The notes: generated by a model from the letters alone, not told the origin. A stretch of DNA of 24,000 nt from Aeromonas sanarellii (GCF_000820085.1 NZ_CDBN01000002.1:7743-31742); one strand, 5' to 3'; positions 14,653 to 23,097 are shown, counted from the first letter of the stretch. Numbers and translations: made by a program.

Positions 14653-16722
14653 TCACTGCAGCAGAGAGATATCCGCGACTTGCAGGAACAGGTTGCGCAG
14701 GTTGTTCAGCAGTGCCAGACGGTTGGCCTTGAGGGCCTCGTCGTCGGCCATCACCATGACTTCGTTGAAGAAGGTGTCGACCGGCTCGCGCAGGGCGGCC
14801 AGACGGGTGAGGGCGGCCTGATAGTCACCGGCAGCGAACAGCGGGGCCAGTTCGGCTTGCAGTGCTGCAACCTGGGTGGCCAGCGCCTGCTCGGCAGCAT
14901 CGACCAGCAGTTCCGGTTTGACGGCAGTCGGCAGATCGCCTTCGACCTTGGCCAGAATGTTGCTCACGCGCTTGTTGGCGGCGGCCAGGGCCAGGGCTGC
15001 ATCCAGGGTGCGGAAGTGGCTGACGGCCTTGACGCGGCGATCGAAGTCCAGCGGACGGGTCGGGCGGCGGGCCAGCACGGCCAGCACCACGTCGGCACCG
15101 ATGCCTTCGTCCTGATAGGCGGCGCGGAAGCGGCCCAGCATAAAGTCGACCACGTCGGTGACGACTGTCTTGTTGGTGAGCTTGTCACCGTAGACGCTGA
15201 CGGCCTCTTCGACCAGCTCCACCAGATCCAGATCCAGCTGCTTCTCGGTCATGATGCGCAGGGCACCGATGGCGGCGCGGCGCAGGGCGAACGGGTCCTT
15301 GTCACCCTTGGGCAGCATGCCGATGCCGAAGATGCCGGCCAGGGTGTCGAACTTGTCGGCCAGGGCCACGGCGCAGGAGACCAGGCCGGACGGCAGGGCA
15401 TCGCCGGCGAAGCGCGGCATGTACTGCTCGTTGAGGGCCAGGGCCACCGCCTCGGCTTCGCCGTCGTGACGGGCGTAGTGCATCCCCATGACACCCTGGG
15501 TGTCGGTGAACTCGCCGACCATGTTGGTCATCAGATCGCACTTGGAGAGCAGACCGGCACGCTGGGCCTGGCCCACGTCGGCACCGACCTTGGCGGCGAT
15601 GAAGCCGGCCATGGCCTCGATGCGGGCGGCCTTGGCACGTACTGTCCCCAGCTGCTGCTGGAACAGCACGGTCTCGAGGCGCGGCAGGCGGTCGGCCAGC
15701 TTCTGTTTGAGGTCGGTCTTGAAGAAGAACTCGGCGTCGGAGAGACGGGGGCGCACCACCTTCTCGTTGCCGCTGATGATCTGGCTCGGGTCCTTGGACT
15801 CGATGTTGGTGACGAAGATGAACTTCGGCAGCAGCTTGCCGCTCTTGTCGTAGACCGGGAAGTACTTCTGGTCGCCCTTCATGGTGTGCACCAGGGCCTC
15901 GGCCGGCACGGCCAGGAACTTCTCTTCGAAGTTGGCGGTCAGCACCACGGGCCATTCGACCAGGGCGGTGACCTCTTCCAGCAGGGCGTCGTCCAGATCG
16001 GCCACGCCACCGAAGGCGGCCGCGGCGGCCTCGACGTCAGCCTTGATCTTGGCCTTGCGCGCCATAAAGTCGGCAATCACCATGCCGCGCTCCTGCAGGA
16101 TCTGCGGGTACTGGCTGGCGTTGTCGATGGTGATCTCGCTCTCGCCCATGAAGCGGTGACCGCGCAGGGTGCGGGTGGAGTCGATCCCCAGAATGTGGGC
16201 GGGCACCAGATCCCCATCCAGCAGCAGGGTCACGGTGAACACCGGACGCACGAACTGGATGGTCTTGTCGCCCCAGCGCATCATCTTGGGGATGGGTAGC
16301 TTGGCCAGCGCGGAAGCGACCAGCTCACCCAGCAGTTCGCGGGCCGGGCGGCCTTCGACGCGGGCATTGTGGACCAGCCACTCGCCCTTGTCGGTCACCA
16401 GACGCTCGGCCTGCTCGACTGTGATGCCGTTGCCACGGGCCCAGCCTTCGGCGGCCTTGGTCGGCTTGCCTTCGGCATCGTACGCCTGCGCCACGGCCGG
16501 GCCGCGTTTCTCGACGCTCTTGCTCGGCTGCTCGGCGGCCAGCTCGCTCACCTTCAGCGCCAGGCGGCGCGGTGAGGCAAACCACTCGACGTCGCCGAAG
16601 GCCAGATCGGCCTTGGTCAGCTCGCTCTTGAGGTTGTCGGCAAAGGCTTCGGCCAGGGAGCGCAGGGCCTTGGGGGGCAGCTCGGCGGTGCCGATCTCTA
16701 CCAGAAATGTATGTTGTGCCAT
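14653..16722 (-). CDS. glyS: Glycine--tRNA ligase beta subunit
   Basis: 689 aa starting [30 protein letters not shown]..., the hallmark GlyS N-terminus. It lies immediately downstream of glyQ. Confidence 0.98.
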   Translation of the reverse strand: MAQHTFLVEIGTAELPPKALRSLAEAFADNLKSELTKADLAFGDVEWFASPRRLALKVSELAAEQPSKSVEKRGPAVAQAYDAEGKPTKAAEGWARGNGITVEQAERLVTDKGEWLVHNARVEGRPARELLGELVASALAKLPIPKMMRWGDKTIQFVRPVFTVTLLLDGDLVPAHILGIDSTRTLRGHRFMGESEITIDNASQYPQILQERGMVIADFMARKAKIKADVEAAAAAFGGVADLDDALLEEVTALVEWPVVLTANFEEKFLAVPAEALVHTMKGDQKYFPVYDKSGKLLPKFIFVTNIESKDPSQIISGNEKVVRPRLSDAEFFFKTDLKQKLADRLPRLETVLFQQQLGTVRAKAARIEAMAGFIAAKVGADVGQAQRAGLLSKCDLMTNMVGEFTDTQGVMGMHYARHDGEAEAVALALNEQYMPRFAGDALPSGLVSCAVALADKFDTLAGIFGIGMLPKGDKDPFALRRAAIGALRIMTEKQLDLDLVELVEEAVSVYGDKLTNKTVVTDVVDFMLGRFRAAYQDEGIGADVVLAVLARRPTRPLDFDRRVKAVSHFRTLDAALALAAANKRVSNILAKVEGDLPTAVKPELLVDAAEQALATQVAALQAELAPLFAAGDYQAALTRLAALREPVDTFFNEVMVMADDEALKANRLALLNNLRNLFLQVADISLLQ

Positions 16723-16731
16723 GTCCGTTCC

Positions 16732-17661
16732 TTAACCTTGCTTGTGCTCGTTGTTGCCACGCTGGCACATGGGGAAGCCCAGCGCCTCGCGGGAGGCGTA
16801 GTAGGCCTCGGCCACGGCCTTGGTCAGGGTGCGAATGCGCAGGATGTAGCGCTGACGCTCGGTGACCGAGATGGCCTTGCGGGCATCCAGCAGGTTGAAG
16901 GAGTGAGCGGCCTTGAGGATGCGCTCGTAGGCGGGCAGCGGCAGCGGCTTCTCCAGTGCCAGCAGGGACTGGGCTTCCTTCTCGTACTGCTCGAAGCAGT
17001 GGAACAGGAACTCCACGTCGGCGTGCTCGAAGTTGTAGGTGGACTGCTCCACTTCGTTCTGGTGGAAGACGTCGCCGTAGGTGGTCTTGCCCAGGGGGCC
17101 GTCGGACCAGACCAGGTCATAGACGCTGTCCACGCCCTGGATGTACATGGCCAGGCGCTCGAGACCATAGGTGATCTCGCCGGTGACCGGCTTGCACTCG
17201 AGGCCGCCCACCTGCTGGAAGTAGGTGAACTGAGTCACTTCCATGCCGTTCAGCCAGACTTCCCAGCCCAGACCCCAGGCGCCCAGGGTCGGGTTTTCCC
17301 AGTTGTCTTCCACGAAGCGGATGTCGTGGATCTCGGGATCCATGCCCAGCTCCTTCAGGGAGCCCAGATAGAGTTCCTGGATGTTGTCGGGGGAAGGCTT
17401 GATGATCACCTGGAACTGGTAGTAGTGCTGCAGGCGGTTCGGGTTCTCACCGTAGCGGCCGTCGGTGGGACGGCGGGACGGTTGAACGTAGGCGCAGGCG
17501 ATGGGCTCCGGGCCCAGGGCGCGCAGGCAGGTCATGGGGTGGGAGGTACCGGCACCCACTTCCATATCCAGCGGCTGAATGATGGTACAGCCCTGGCGGG
17601 ACCAATAGTCCTGCAACTGCAGGATCAGGCCCTGAAAGGTTTTGACATCGAATTTTTGCAT
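16732..17661 (-). CDS. glyQ: Glycine--tRNA ligase alpha subunit
   Basis: 309 aa: [53 protein letters not shown]... Nearly identical throughout to E. coli GlyQ as I recall it. Confidence 0.98.
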   Translation of the reverse strand: MQKFDVKTFQGLILQLQDYWSRQGCTIIQPLDMEVGAGTSHPMTCLRALGPEPIACAYVQPSRRPTDGRYGENPNRLQHYYQFQVIIKPSPDNIQELYLGSLKELGMDPEIHDIRFVEDNWENPTLGAWGLGWEVWLNGMEVTQFTYFQQVGGLECKPVTGEITYGLERLAMYIQGVDSVYDLVWSDGPLGKTTYGDVFHQNEVEQSTYNFEHADVEFLFHCFEQYEKEAQSLLALEKPLPLPAYERILKAAHSFNLLDARKAISVTERQRYILRIRTLTKAVAEAYYASREALGFPMCQRGNNEHKQG

Positions 17662-17849
17662 AGTGTTTTTCGCGCGAAATGAAATCAGAGCAAGATTTGC
17701 TGAATGTGAACCGAGGGAGTATACCGTCTGGCATGGTCGGATAATAGGCGAAATTACAGGGGATTAGTGGGGCTATGCTGCCGCTTGCCCTATGATGTCG
17801 CCGACACAAGCGGCCTGCCGATGGCCGATGAAATGACAGGGGAGAGGAA

Positions 17850-18428
17850 ATGGAACTGCGCTGCGCCTGGGTGACCAAGGACCCGGAATACATCGAATAC
17901 CATGACAAGCAGTGGGGCAGGCCGGTCCGTGACCCGCGCGAGCTGTTTGCCAAGCTCTGCCTCGACGGCCAGCAGGCGGGGCTGTCGTGGATCACCATCC
18001 TCAAGCGCACCGAGAGCTACCATCGCGCCTATGCGGACTTCGATCCGGTGCGCATCGCCCGGTTCGACGACCGGGACGTGGAGCGGCTGATGCAAGATAC
18101 CGGCATCATTCGCAACCGGCTCAAGGTACAGTCGATCATCAAAAACGCCCGCGCCTATCTGGCGCTGGAGGCCGAAGGCATCGACTTTGTCGATTATCTG
18201 TGGGGCTTCGTGGGCGGCGCCCCCATGGTCAACCAGCGTCAGGGCAACGGCGACATTCCGGCGACCTCGCCGGAGTCGGATGCCATGTCAAAAGCCCTGA
18301 AAAAACGCGGCTTTACCTTCGTCGGCAGCACCATCTGCTACGCCTTCATGCAGGCGGTGGGCATGGTGAACGATCATCTGGTGACCTGCCCCTGTCACGC
18401 CGAATGCCAGCAAGCGATGCCGGAGTGA
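17850..18428 (+). CDS. tag: DNA-3-methyladenine glycosylase I
   Basis: 192 aa: MELRCAWVTKDPEYIEYHDKQWGRP...CLDGQQAGLSWITILKR...KKRGFTFVGSTICYAFMQAVGMVNDH. Collinear with E. coli Tag (MERCGWVSQDPLYIAYHDNEWGVP..CLEGQQAGLSWITVLKK..KKRGFKFVGTTICYSFMQACGLVNDH). Confidence 0.95.
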   Translation: MELRCAWVTKDPEYIEYHDKQWGRPVRDPRELFAKLCLDGQQAGLSWITILKRTESYHRAYADFDPVRIARFDDRDVERLMQDTGIIRNRLKVQSIIKNARAYLALEAEGIDFVDYLWGFVGGAPMVNQRQGNGDIPATSPESDAMSKALKKRGFTFVGSTICYAFMQAVGMVNDHLVTCPCHAECQQAMPE

Positions 18429-18442
18429 ATGGGGGAGTGAGC

Positions 18443-18475
18443 GAAGAAGGGAGGCCTGGGCCTCCCTTCTTCTTT
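18443..18475 (+). terminator. Rho-independent terminator after tag
   Basis: 12-bp stem gaagaagggagg / cctcccttcttc with loop cctggg, followed by ttt. Confidence 0.72.
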
Positions 18476-18736
18476 GGGCCCGAATCAACAGGGTTGAAGG
18501 ACCTGGCTCAGCGTCTCGCACACCTCGAGGATGTCTCTGCCGGGGCTTGCAAGGCCACCTGTGTCACCCTGGTCGGTGCCTCGGGAGGCCGGTGGTTGCC
18601 ATGATGAACGAGCATGGCTGGCTGGTCCCTGCCATGCCAGAAGCCGCCACCGTGGGGAGTCCATTTTCGCTGTCGGTACAGCCGGCATACAGTCGTGGCT
18701 GCCCAGAATCGGGATATCCATCACGAGGATTTCCCT

Positions 18737-18991
18737 ATGTCACTGAATTCATTCCGCCCCCGTACCCTCGCCAGCCTGCTGCTGGCCAGTTGCTCCCTGC
18801 TGGCGACCCTGCCCGCCCAGGCGACCGATCGCCAGGACTCCCGCGACGTGCGCCAGGAGGTGCGTCCCGAGATCCGCGACGCCAAGCAGGATTGCCGCGA
18901 GAACGACCAGAAGGACAACTACGAGTGCCGCCAGGACAAGCGTGAAGTGAAGCAGGACGTGCGCGAGAAGGCCCGCGACGTCAAGTACTGA
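18737..18991 (+). CDS. Small secreted highly charged two-Cys protein, paralog 1 of 4 (84-aa precursor)
   Basis: ATG 18737 with RBS AGGA at 18725-18728. MSLNSFRPRTLASLLLASCSLLATLPAQA|TDRQDSRDVRQEVRPEIRDAKQDCRENDQKDNYECRQDKREVKQDVREKARDVKY*. It shares the signal peptide, cysteine pair and C-terminal ARDVKY with the next three ORFs. The track ORF 18614..18991 is the same frame with an implausible upstream start. Confidence 0.8.
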   Translation: MSLNSFRPRTLASLLLASCSLLATLPAQATDRQDSRDVRQEVRPEIRDAKQDCRENDQKDNYECRQDKREVKQDVREKARDVKY

Positions 18992-19038
18992 TCCCCGTGA
19001 CCGCCCCGACGTCCGTCCATCCATACAGGAGCCTCGAC

Positions 19039-19311
19039 ATGAAGACCTCAACTCCTCGCTTTGGCCGTAGCGCGTTGCTGTCAGCCCTGCTGGCCGGTTG
19101 CACCCTGTTGGTGGCCCTGCCGGCCCAGGCCACCGAACAAGCCCAGCAACGCCGCGACGCGCGGGATCTGCGCCAGGAAGTCCGCCAGGAGTCCCGCGAA
19201 CAGAAGCGCGACTGCCGCCAGGAAGAGTTCCTTGGCAATGCCGATTGCCGTCAGGAGCATCGCCACCACAAGCAAGATGCCCGTGAAGCGGCTCGTGATA
19301 TCAAGTATTGA
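19039..19311 (+). CDS. Small secreted highly charged two-Cys protein, paralog 2 of 4 (90-aa precursor)
   Basis: ATG 19039 with RBS ACAGGAG at 19025-19031. MKTSTPRFGRSALLSALLAGCTLLVALPAQA|TEQAQQRRDARDLRQEVRQESREQKRDCRQEEFLGNADCRQEHRHHKQDAREAARDIKY*. Confidence 0.8.
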   Translation: MKTSTPRFGRSALLSALLAGCTLLVALPAQATEQAQQRRDARDLRQEVRQESREQKRDCRQEEFLGNADCRQEHRHHKQDAREAARDIKY

Positions 19312-19354
19312 GGCCGGGAGCATTCCCCCGCCGTCAACCCTTATTGGAGTTCCC

Positions 19355-19609
19355 ATGACCATTGCCATCTCTCGCCTGGGCGCCGCCCTGCTGACCGCCT
19401 GCACCCTGCTTGCCGCCGTACCGGCCCAGGCCACCAATCAGGGCGAGCAGCGCCAGGATGCCCGTGACATCCGCCAGGACAGCCGTCAGGAGTCCCGCGA
19501 TGCCAAGCAGGAGTGCCGCGAGGGGCTGGTCGGCAATGCCGACTGCCGCCAGGACCATCGCGACAGCAAGCAGGACGCCCGCGACGAGGCGCGCGACGTC
19601 AAGTACTGA
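19355..19609 (+). CDS. Small secreted highly charged two-Cys protein, paralog 3 of 4 (84-aa precursor)
   Basis: ATG 19355 with RBS GGAG at 19347-19350. MTIAISRLGAALLTACTLLAAVPAQA|TNQGEQRQDARDIRQDSRQESRDAKQECREGLVGNADCRQDHRDSKQDARDEARDVKY*. This is the in-frame distal part of track ORF 19061..19609. Confidence 0.8.
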   Translation: MTIAISRLGAALLTACTLLAAVPAQATNQGEQRQDARDIRQDSRQESRDAKQECREGLVGNADCRQDHRDSKQDARDEARDVKY

Positions 19610-19686
19610 TGTGCCGGGCCCCACAGGGCTCGGTGTATAATTGAGAGACGCCGATCCGCTGCGTTTCATCCCTTTCAGGAGTCATC

Positions 19687-19929
19687 ATGAAGAAATTTGT
19701 ATTCATGCTGCTGGCGGCCACCGCCCTGTCGACGGTACTGCCCGTGCAAGCCACCGAGCAGGCCAGGCAGCGGCGCGAGGCCCGCGATGTGCGTCAGGAC
19801 ACCCGTCAGGAATCCCGCGACGCCAAGCAGGAGTGCCGCGAGGGGCTGGTCGGCAACGCCGACTGCCGCCAGGAGCACCGCGAGAACAAGCAGGAAGGGC
19901 GAGACCAGGCCCGCGACATCAAATATTGA
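19687..19929 (+). CDS. Small secreted highly charged two-Cys protein, paralog 4 of 4 (80-aa precursor)
   Basis: ATG 19687 with RBS CAGGAG at 19676-19681. MKKFVFMLLAATALSTVLPVQA|TEQARQRREARDVRQDTRQESRDAKQECREGLVGNADCRQEHRENKQEGRDQARDIKY*. Confidence 0.85.
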   Translation: MKKFVFMLLAATALSTVLPVQATEQARQRREARDVRQDTRQESRDAKQECREGLVGNADCRQEHRENKQEGRDQARDIKY

Positions 19930-19964
19930 TGCCCGACCTGCAGGGTGCAGGTTCCGCCATCTTT

Positions 19965-20001
19965 GCGCCACAAGGAGACCCGGTTTCCTTGTGGCGCTTT
20001 G
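19965..20001 (+). terminator. Rho-independent terminator closing the four-gene array
   Basis: 12-bp stem gcgccacaagga / tccttgtggcgc with a 9-nt loop, followed by tttgt. It is the only strong hairpin/T-tract between 18476 and yiaD. Confidence 0.8.
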
Positions 20002-20086
20002 TCGATCCTCAGCGTCACACTCTGGCGCCTCTCTGGGTTAGAATGCGCGGCCATCGGCTAGCGTCGTTCTTTTTCGGAGATTTTTC

Positions 20087-20743
20087 ATGCATTTCAAGAA
20101 ACTGGTTCCTGCCCTTGCCCTGACCGTCGCCATCACTGGCTGCACCACCAACCCCTATACCGGTGAATCCCAGACCTCCAAGGGGGCCTGGGGGGCGCTG
20201 GCCGGTGCGGCGACCGGCGCCGCCGTGGGGGCGCTCTCCTCCAGCAAGGGGGATCGCAAGAAGGGCATCCTGACCGGCGTGGCGGCCGGTGCGGCTCTGG
20301 GTGGCGGTATCGGTTACTACATGGACGTGCAGGAGGCCAAGCTGCGCGAGAAGCTGCAAGGCACCGGGGTCAGCGTGACCCGCAACGGTGACGAGCTGAT
20401 CCTGAACATGCCGAACAACGTCACCTTCGACAGCTCCAGCGCCCAGCTGAAGGCGGCCGGTGCCAACACCCTGTCCGGCGTGGCCATGGTGGTGGCCGAG
20501 TTCGACAAGACCCGGCTGAACGTGGTCGGTCACACCGACAGCACCGGCTCCCGCGAGCTGAACATGAAGCTCTCCCGCGATCGCGCCGATGCCGTCGCCG
20601 CCCAGCTGATCGGTCAGGGCGTGGCGGGCAGCCGCATCGCCATCAGCGGTGTGGGCCCGGATCAGCCGGTGGCCACCAACAGCACCGCCGAGGGCAAGGC
20701 CCAGAACCGCCGGGTGACCATCACCCTGACCCCGACCGCCTAA
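20087..20743 (+). CDS. yiaD: OmpA-family outer-membrane lipoprotein YiaD
   Basis: Lipobox LALTVAITG|C. CTTNPYTGESQTSKGAWGALAGA...GIGYYMDVQEAKLREKLQGTGVSVTRNGDELILNMPNNVTFDSSSAQLKAAGANTL...AEGKAQNRRVTITL. Collinear with E. coli YiaD (CTTNPYTGEREAGKS..GYYMDVQEAKLRDKMRGTGVSVTRSGDNIILNMPNNVTFDSSSATLKPAGANTL..AEGKAQNRRVEITL). Confidence 0.93.
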   Translation: MHFKKLVPALALTVAITGCTTNPYTGESQTSKGAWGALAGAATGAAVGALSSSKGDRKKGILTGVAAGAALGGGIGYYMDVQEAKLREKLQGTGVSVTRNGDELILNMPNNVTFDSSSAQLKAAGANTLSGVAMVVAEFDKTRLNVVGHTDSTGSRELNMKLSRDRADAVAAQLIGQGVAGSRIAISGVGPDQPVATNSTAEGKAQNRRVTITLTPTA

Positions 20744-20765
20744 GCGGCCCGGTTCGCGCCAAATA

Positions 20766-20797
20766 AAGAGGCCCCGCCAGTCATGGCGGGGCCTCTT
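20766..20797. terminator. Hairpin terminator between convergent yiaD and the yoaB-like gene
   Basis: 13-bp stem aagaggccccgcc / ggcggggcctctt with loop agtcat. The U-tract is better on the minus strand (ctctttattt), so it probably terminates the tusA-yoaB transcript and possibly yiaD as well. Confidence 0.7.
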
Positions 20798-20819
20798 GCT
20801 ATCTCAAGCCAGGGAAATC

Positions 20820-21164
20820 TTAGACGGCGGCGGTCAGCTGCACTTCCACCTTGTAGCCTTCGTGGGCGAGGCGGGCCTGTACGCAGGCTCTAACCGGGGC
20901 TGTACCCGCAGGGATCCAGGCGTCCCACTGGGCGTTGAAGGCTCCGATATCGGCGATGTCTTTGAGATAGATGTTGGCCATCAGTATCTTGTCGACGCCG
21001 GAGCCGCTGGCTTCCAACAGACGCTGCAGGCTTTCCAGCACCTCACGGGTCTGCTGGTGAATGTCGGCCTCGTCGGTGGCGGGCACTTCCACCACATAGA
21101 GGGTGCCGTTGTGGATGACAACATCAGACCAGCGGGCCGTGGTGCCGATTCGGGTAATCGTCAT
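20820..21164 (-). CDS. yoaB: RidA/YjgF-family protein, YoaB-like
   Basis: From ATG 21164 (RBS GGAG upstream): MTITRIGTTARWSDVVIHNGTLYVVEVP...NAQWDAWIPAGTAPVRACVQARLAHEGYKVEVQLTAAV. Collinear with E. coli YoaB (MTIVRIDAEARWSDVVIHNNTLYYTGVP..NKAWDAWVVAGHAPVRCTVQAGLMNPKYKVEIKIVAAV). The track start at 21377 overlaps tusA out of frame. Confidence 0.88.
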   Translation of the reverse strand: MTITRIGTTARWSDVVIHNGTLYVVEVPATDEADIHQQTREVLESLQRLLEASGSGVDKILMANIYLKDIADIGAFNAQWDAWIPAGTAPVRACVQARLAHEGYKVEVQLTAAV

Positions 21165-21184
21165 GGATTGCTCCGGTACTGGGC

Positions 21185-21433
21185 TTATTGACCCTTGCGG
21201 ATCAGATAGCGATAAGGGGCCTGCTCTGTCTCGCTGGCGACCAGGGTGTGGTCCATGAAGCGGCAGAAGCTGGGAATGTCGCGGGTGGTGGAGGGATCGT
21301 CGGCGCTGACCAGCAGGGTCTCTCCCTCGGCCATCAGCCGCACTTTCTTGCGAACCATCATCACGGGTTCCGGGCAACGAAGCCCGATTGCGTCCAACTC
21401 ATGAGTTGCGTCGCAGAATAAAGCACTCATCAA
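21185..21433 (-). CDS. tusA: Sulfur carrier protein / sulfurtransferase TusA
   Basis: [82 protein letters not shown]. Collinear with E. coli TusA (..[72 protein letters not shown]). Confidence 0.94.
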   Translation of the reverse strand: MMSALFCDATHELDAIGLRCPEPVMMVRKKVRLMAEGETLLVSADDPSTTRDIPSFCRFMDHTLVASETEQAPYRYLIRKGQ

Positions 21434-21601
21434 TAATCAACCTTCAACCAATTCAGCCAGCAATGATACTCACGGCGAAAAAATAATCAAACCACGGTGC
21501 GGTTATGCAGCATATGCTACCAAAATGTGAACCGGCTCTACCCAGGCTCCGCTCGATGAGTAATATAAAAATTGAACCATATTCAACAAGGAGGTGTGAA
21601 T

Positions 21602-21793
21602 ATGCAGGTCTCCTACGGCAGATTGCAAGCCTACGCGGGCATGGGGTTCTTGTCGTTCGCCATGATAGTGCTGGGCAGCCCGATCGGTAATACCGGTACC
21701 TGGTTCGGCTCCATGGTGATGATAGGGCTGGGGCTCTGGATCGAGCTCAGCGACTATTACGACGAGGATGAGGACGAGAACGATCCCTCCTGA
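21602..21793 (+). CDS. Small (63 aa) two-TM membrane protein with a poly-acidic C-terminal tail
   Basis: Strong RBS AAGGAGG (21588-21594) 7 nt before ATG 21602. MQVSYGRLQAYAGMGFLSFAMIVLGSPIGNTGTWFGSMVMIGLGLWIELSDYYDEDEDENDPS*. The track start at 21572 lacks an RBS. Confidence 0.6.
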   Translation: MQVSYGRLQAYAGMGFLSFAMIVLGSPIGNTGTWFGSMVMIGLGLWIELSDYYDEDEDENDPS

Positions 21794-21812
21794 GAGCCAG
21801 GCTCTCGGCATT

Positions 21813-21837
21813 CAAAGGCGGACAGGTTCCGCCTTTG
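21813..21837. terminator. Bidirectional hairpin terminator
   Basis: 10-bp stem caaaggcgga / tccgcctttg with loop caggt. It sits between the small membrane gene (+) and the stop codon (21838-21840) of the binding-protein gene (-). Confidence 0.65.
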
Positions 21838-23094
21838 TCATTTCTGCTCCGCGCCGGATCGGGTCGAGCGCATGGCGCGCTCCAGCTGCAGCGCCGTCTG
21901 CTCCGGGTTGGCCCTGGCATCGTTGAAGAAACTGCTCAGCACATCCATGATCCCCTGACGCATGTTGGTCGGCACCGCCATCCCCTCCGCCATGCTGGGC
22001 AGCAGGTTGTCCTGCTGCTCGGCGTGGAGGAAATCCTGATAGGAGCGGATGGCGCAGCGGTCAAACTTGCTCATGTCCGGCTTGATGAGCGCCGGGATGG
22101 AGCCCTTCACCCGGTTGAACTCCTCCTGGAATCTCGGCGTCATCAGCAGCCTGGCCAGCTCGCCCTGGGCCTGCAGCTGGGCGGGGTCCCGCTGCTTGAA
22201 CATGGCGATGGAGTCGAGGTTGTAGCTGAACAGCCCGGCACTGCCGGGGCTCGGCAGGCACTCGATATCCTCACCGGGCCGGTAGTTGCCGGCGCTCAGC
22301 TCCCCCTTGACCCAGTCCCCCATCACCTGCATGGCGGCACCGCCGCTCTCCAGCAGGTTGGTGGCCTGGTGCCACTTCAGGCCGGCGTATTTCTCCGGCA
22401 CATAGGCGCGCAGCTGCTGGAAGCGGGTCAGCACCCGCACCATGTCGGGGCCGGTCAGGGTGGCGCTGTCCTGTTCGAGGAAGGCCTTGCGGTAGAAGAT
22501 CTTGCCCCCTTCGCCGAGGGCTACCGTCTCGAACAGCACCGCGAGCTGCCAGGGTTCGTTGCCGATGGCGAGCGGGGTGATGCCTTTCTCCTTGAACTGT
22601 TCCGCCACCGCCACGAACTGGGCCCAGTCGGTGGGAGGCCTGAGCCCCAGCCGCTCGAACGCCTTGCGGTTGAGCCACAGCCAGTTGACCCTGTGGATGC
22701 CGGTGGGCACCGCCATCAGGGCGCCGTTCTGGCTCAGGGTCTCCCGCACCATGGGCGGCAGTTGCGGGTACCAGCCGAGGTGTTCGGCCATGGGGGTGAG
22801 ATCGCGCAGGAAGCCCAGACTGCCCCACTCGTGCAGCTCGTACCCCTTGAGGTGGGCCGCCTCCGGCGGGTTGGCCGCCAGGGCCCGGCTCTTGAGCACC
22901 GTCATGGCGCTCTTGCCGCCCCCGCCCTGCACCGCGAAGTCGTTCCACTGGTTGCCCTGCTCGGCCCATTCCGACTTGAGCACTTCCACCGCCTTGGCCT
23001 CGCCGCCGGAGGTCCACCAGTGCAACACCTCCACCTGGGAGGCGCGAACGGGCAGGGAGAGCAGGGCGATGACAGAAAACGACAACCACTTCAT
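21838..23094 (-). CDS. Periplasmic solute-binding protein, family 1 (sugar/glucose-type ABC binding protein fold), no cognate permease genes nearby
   Basis: Signal peptide MKWLSFSVIALLSLPVRA|SQ. VEVLHWWTSGGEAKAVEVLKSEWAEQGNQWNDFAVQGGGGKSAMTVLKSRALAANPPEAAHLKG is the characteristic N-terminal pattern of glucose/carbohydrate SBPs such as the Pseudomonas GltB type. Confidence 0.88.
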   Translation of the reverse strand: MKWLSFSVIALLSLPVRASQVEVLHWWTSGGEAKAVEVLKSEWAEQGNQWNDFAVQGGGGKSAMTVLKSRALAANPPEAAHLKGYELHEWGSLGFLRDLTPMAEHLGWYPQLPPMVRETLSQNGALMAVPTGIHRVNWLWLNRKAFERLGLRPPTDWAQFVAVAEQFKEKGITPLAIGNEPWQLAVLFETVALGEGGKIFYRKAFLEQDSATLTGPDMVRVLTRFQQLRAYVPEKYAGLKWHQATNLLESGGAAMQVMGDWVKGELSAGNYRPGEDIECLPSPGSAGLFSYNLDSIAMFKQRDPAQLQAQGELARLLMTPRFQEEFNRVKGSIPALIKPDMSKFDRCAIRSYQDFLHAEQQDNLLPSMAEGMAVPTNMRQGIMDVLSSFFNDARANPEQTALQLERAMRSTRSGAEQK

Positions 23095-23097
23095 ACA

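Noticed and set aside
18429-18736. ORFs in the 300-nt region upstream of the small-protein array: 18485..18724(-), 18531..18746(+), 18547..18945(+), and the upstream part of 18614..18991. I also considered a decayed fifth paralog or a sigma54 promoter here.
   Set aside because: The translations are Pro/Gly/Arg/Ser-rich noise with no signal peptide, Cys pair or ARDxKY motif. The TGGC..TGCC strings present do not have GG-N10-GC spacing. The region is probably promoter and 5'-UTR, but I cannot define sites.
18721-19971. Antisense and off-frame ORFs across the four-gene array (18749..19051-, 18981..19238-, 19081..19437-, 19334..19669-, 19675..19971-, 19061..19609+ upstream part, 19697..20041+). 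I also considered that the ~300-nt periodic repeat is a non-coding or CRISPR-like array.
   Set aside because: Only one frame per unit has RBS plus ATG plus signal peptide plus conserved Cys and C-terminal motifs. Differences between copies 3 and 4 fall on third positions of that frame. The repeat period equals gene length, with no short direct repeats or spacers, so it is not a CRISPR array.
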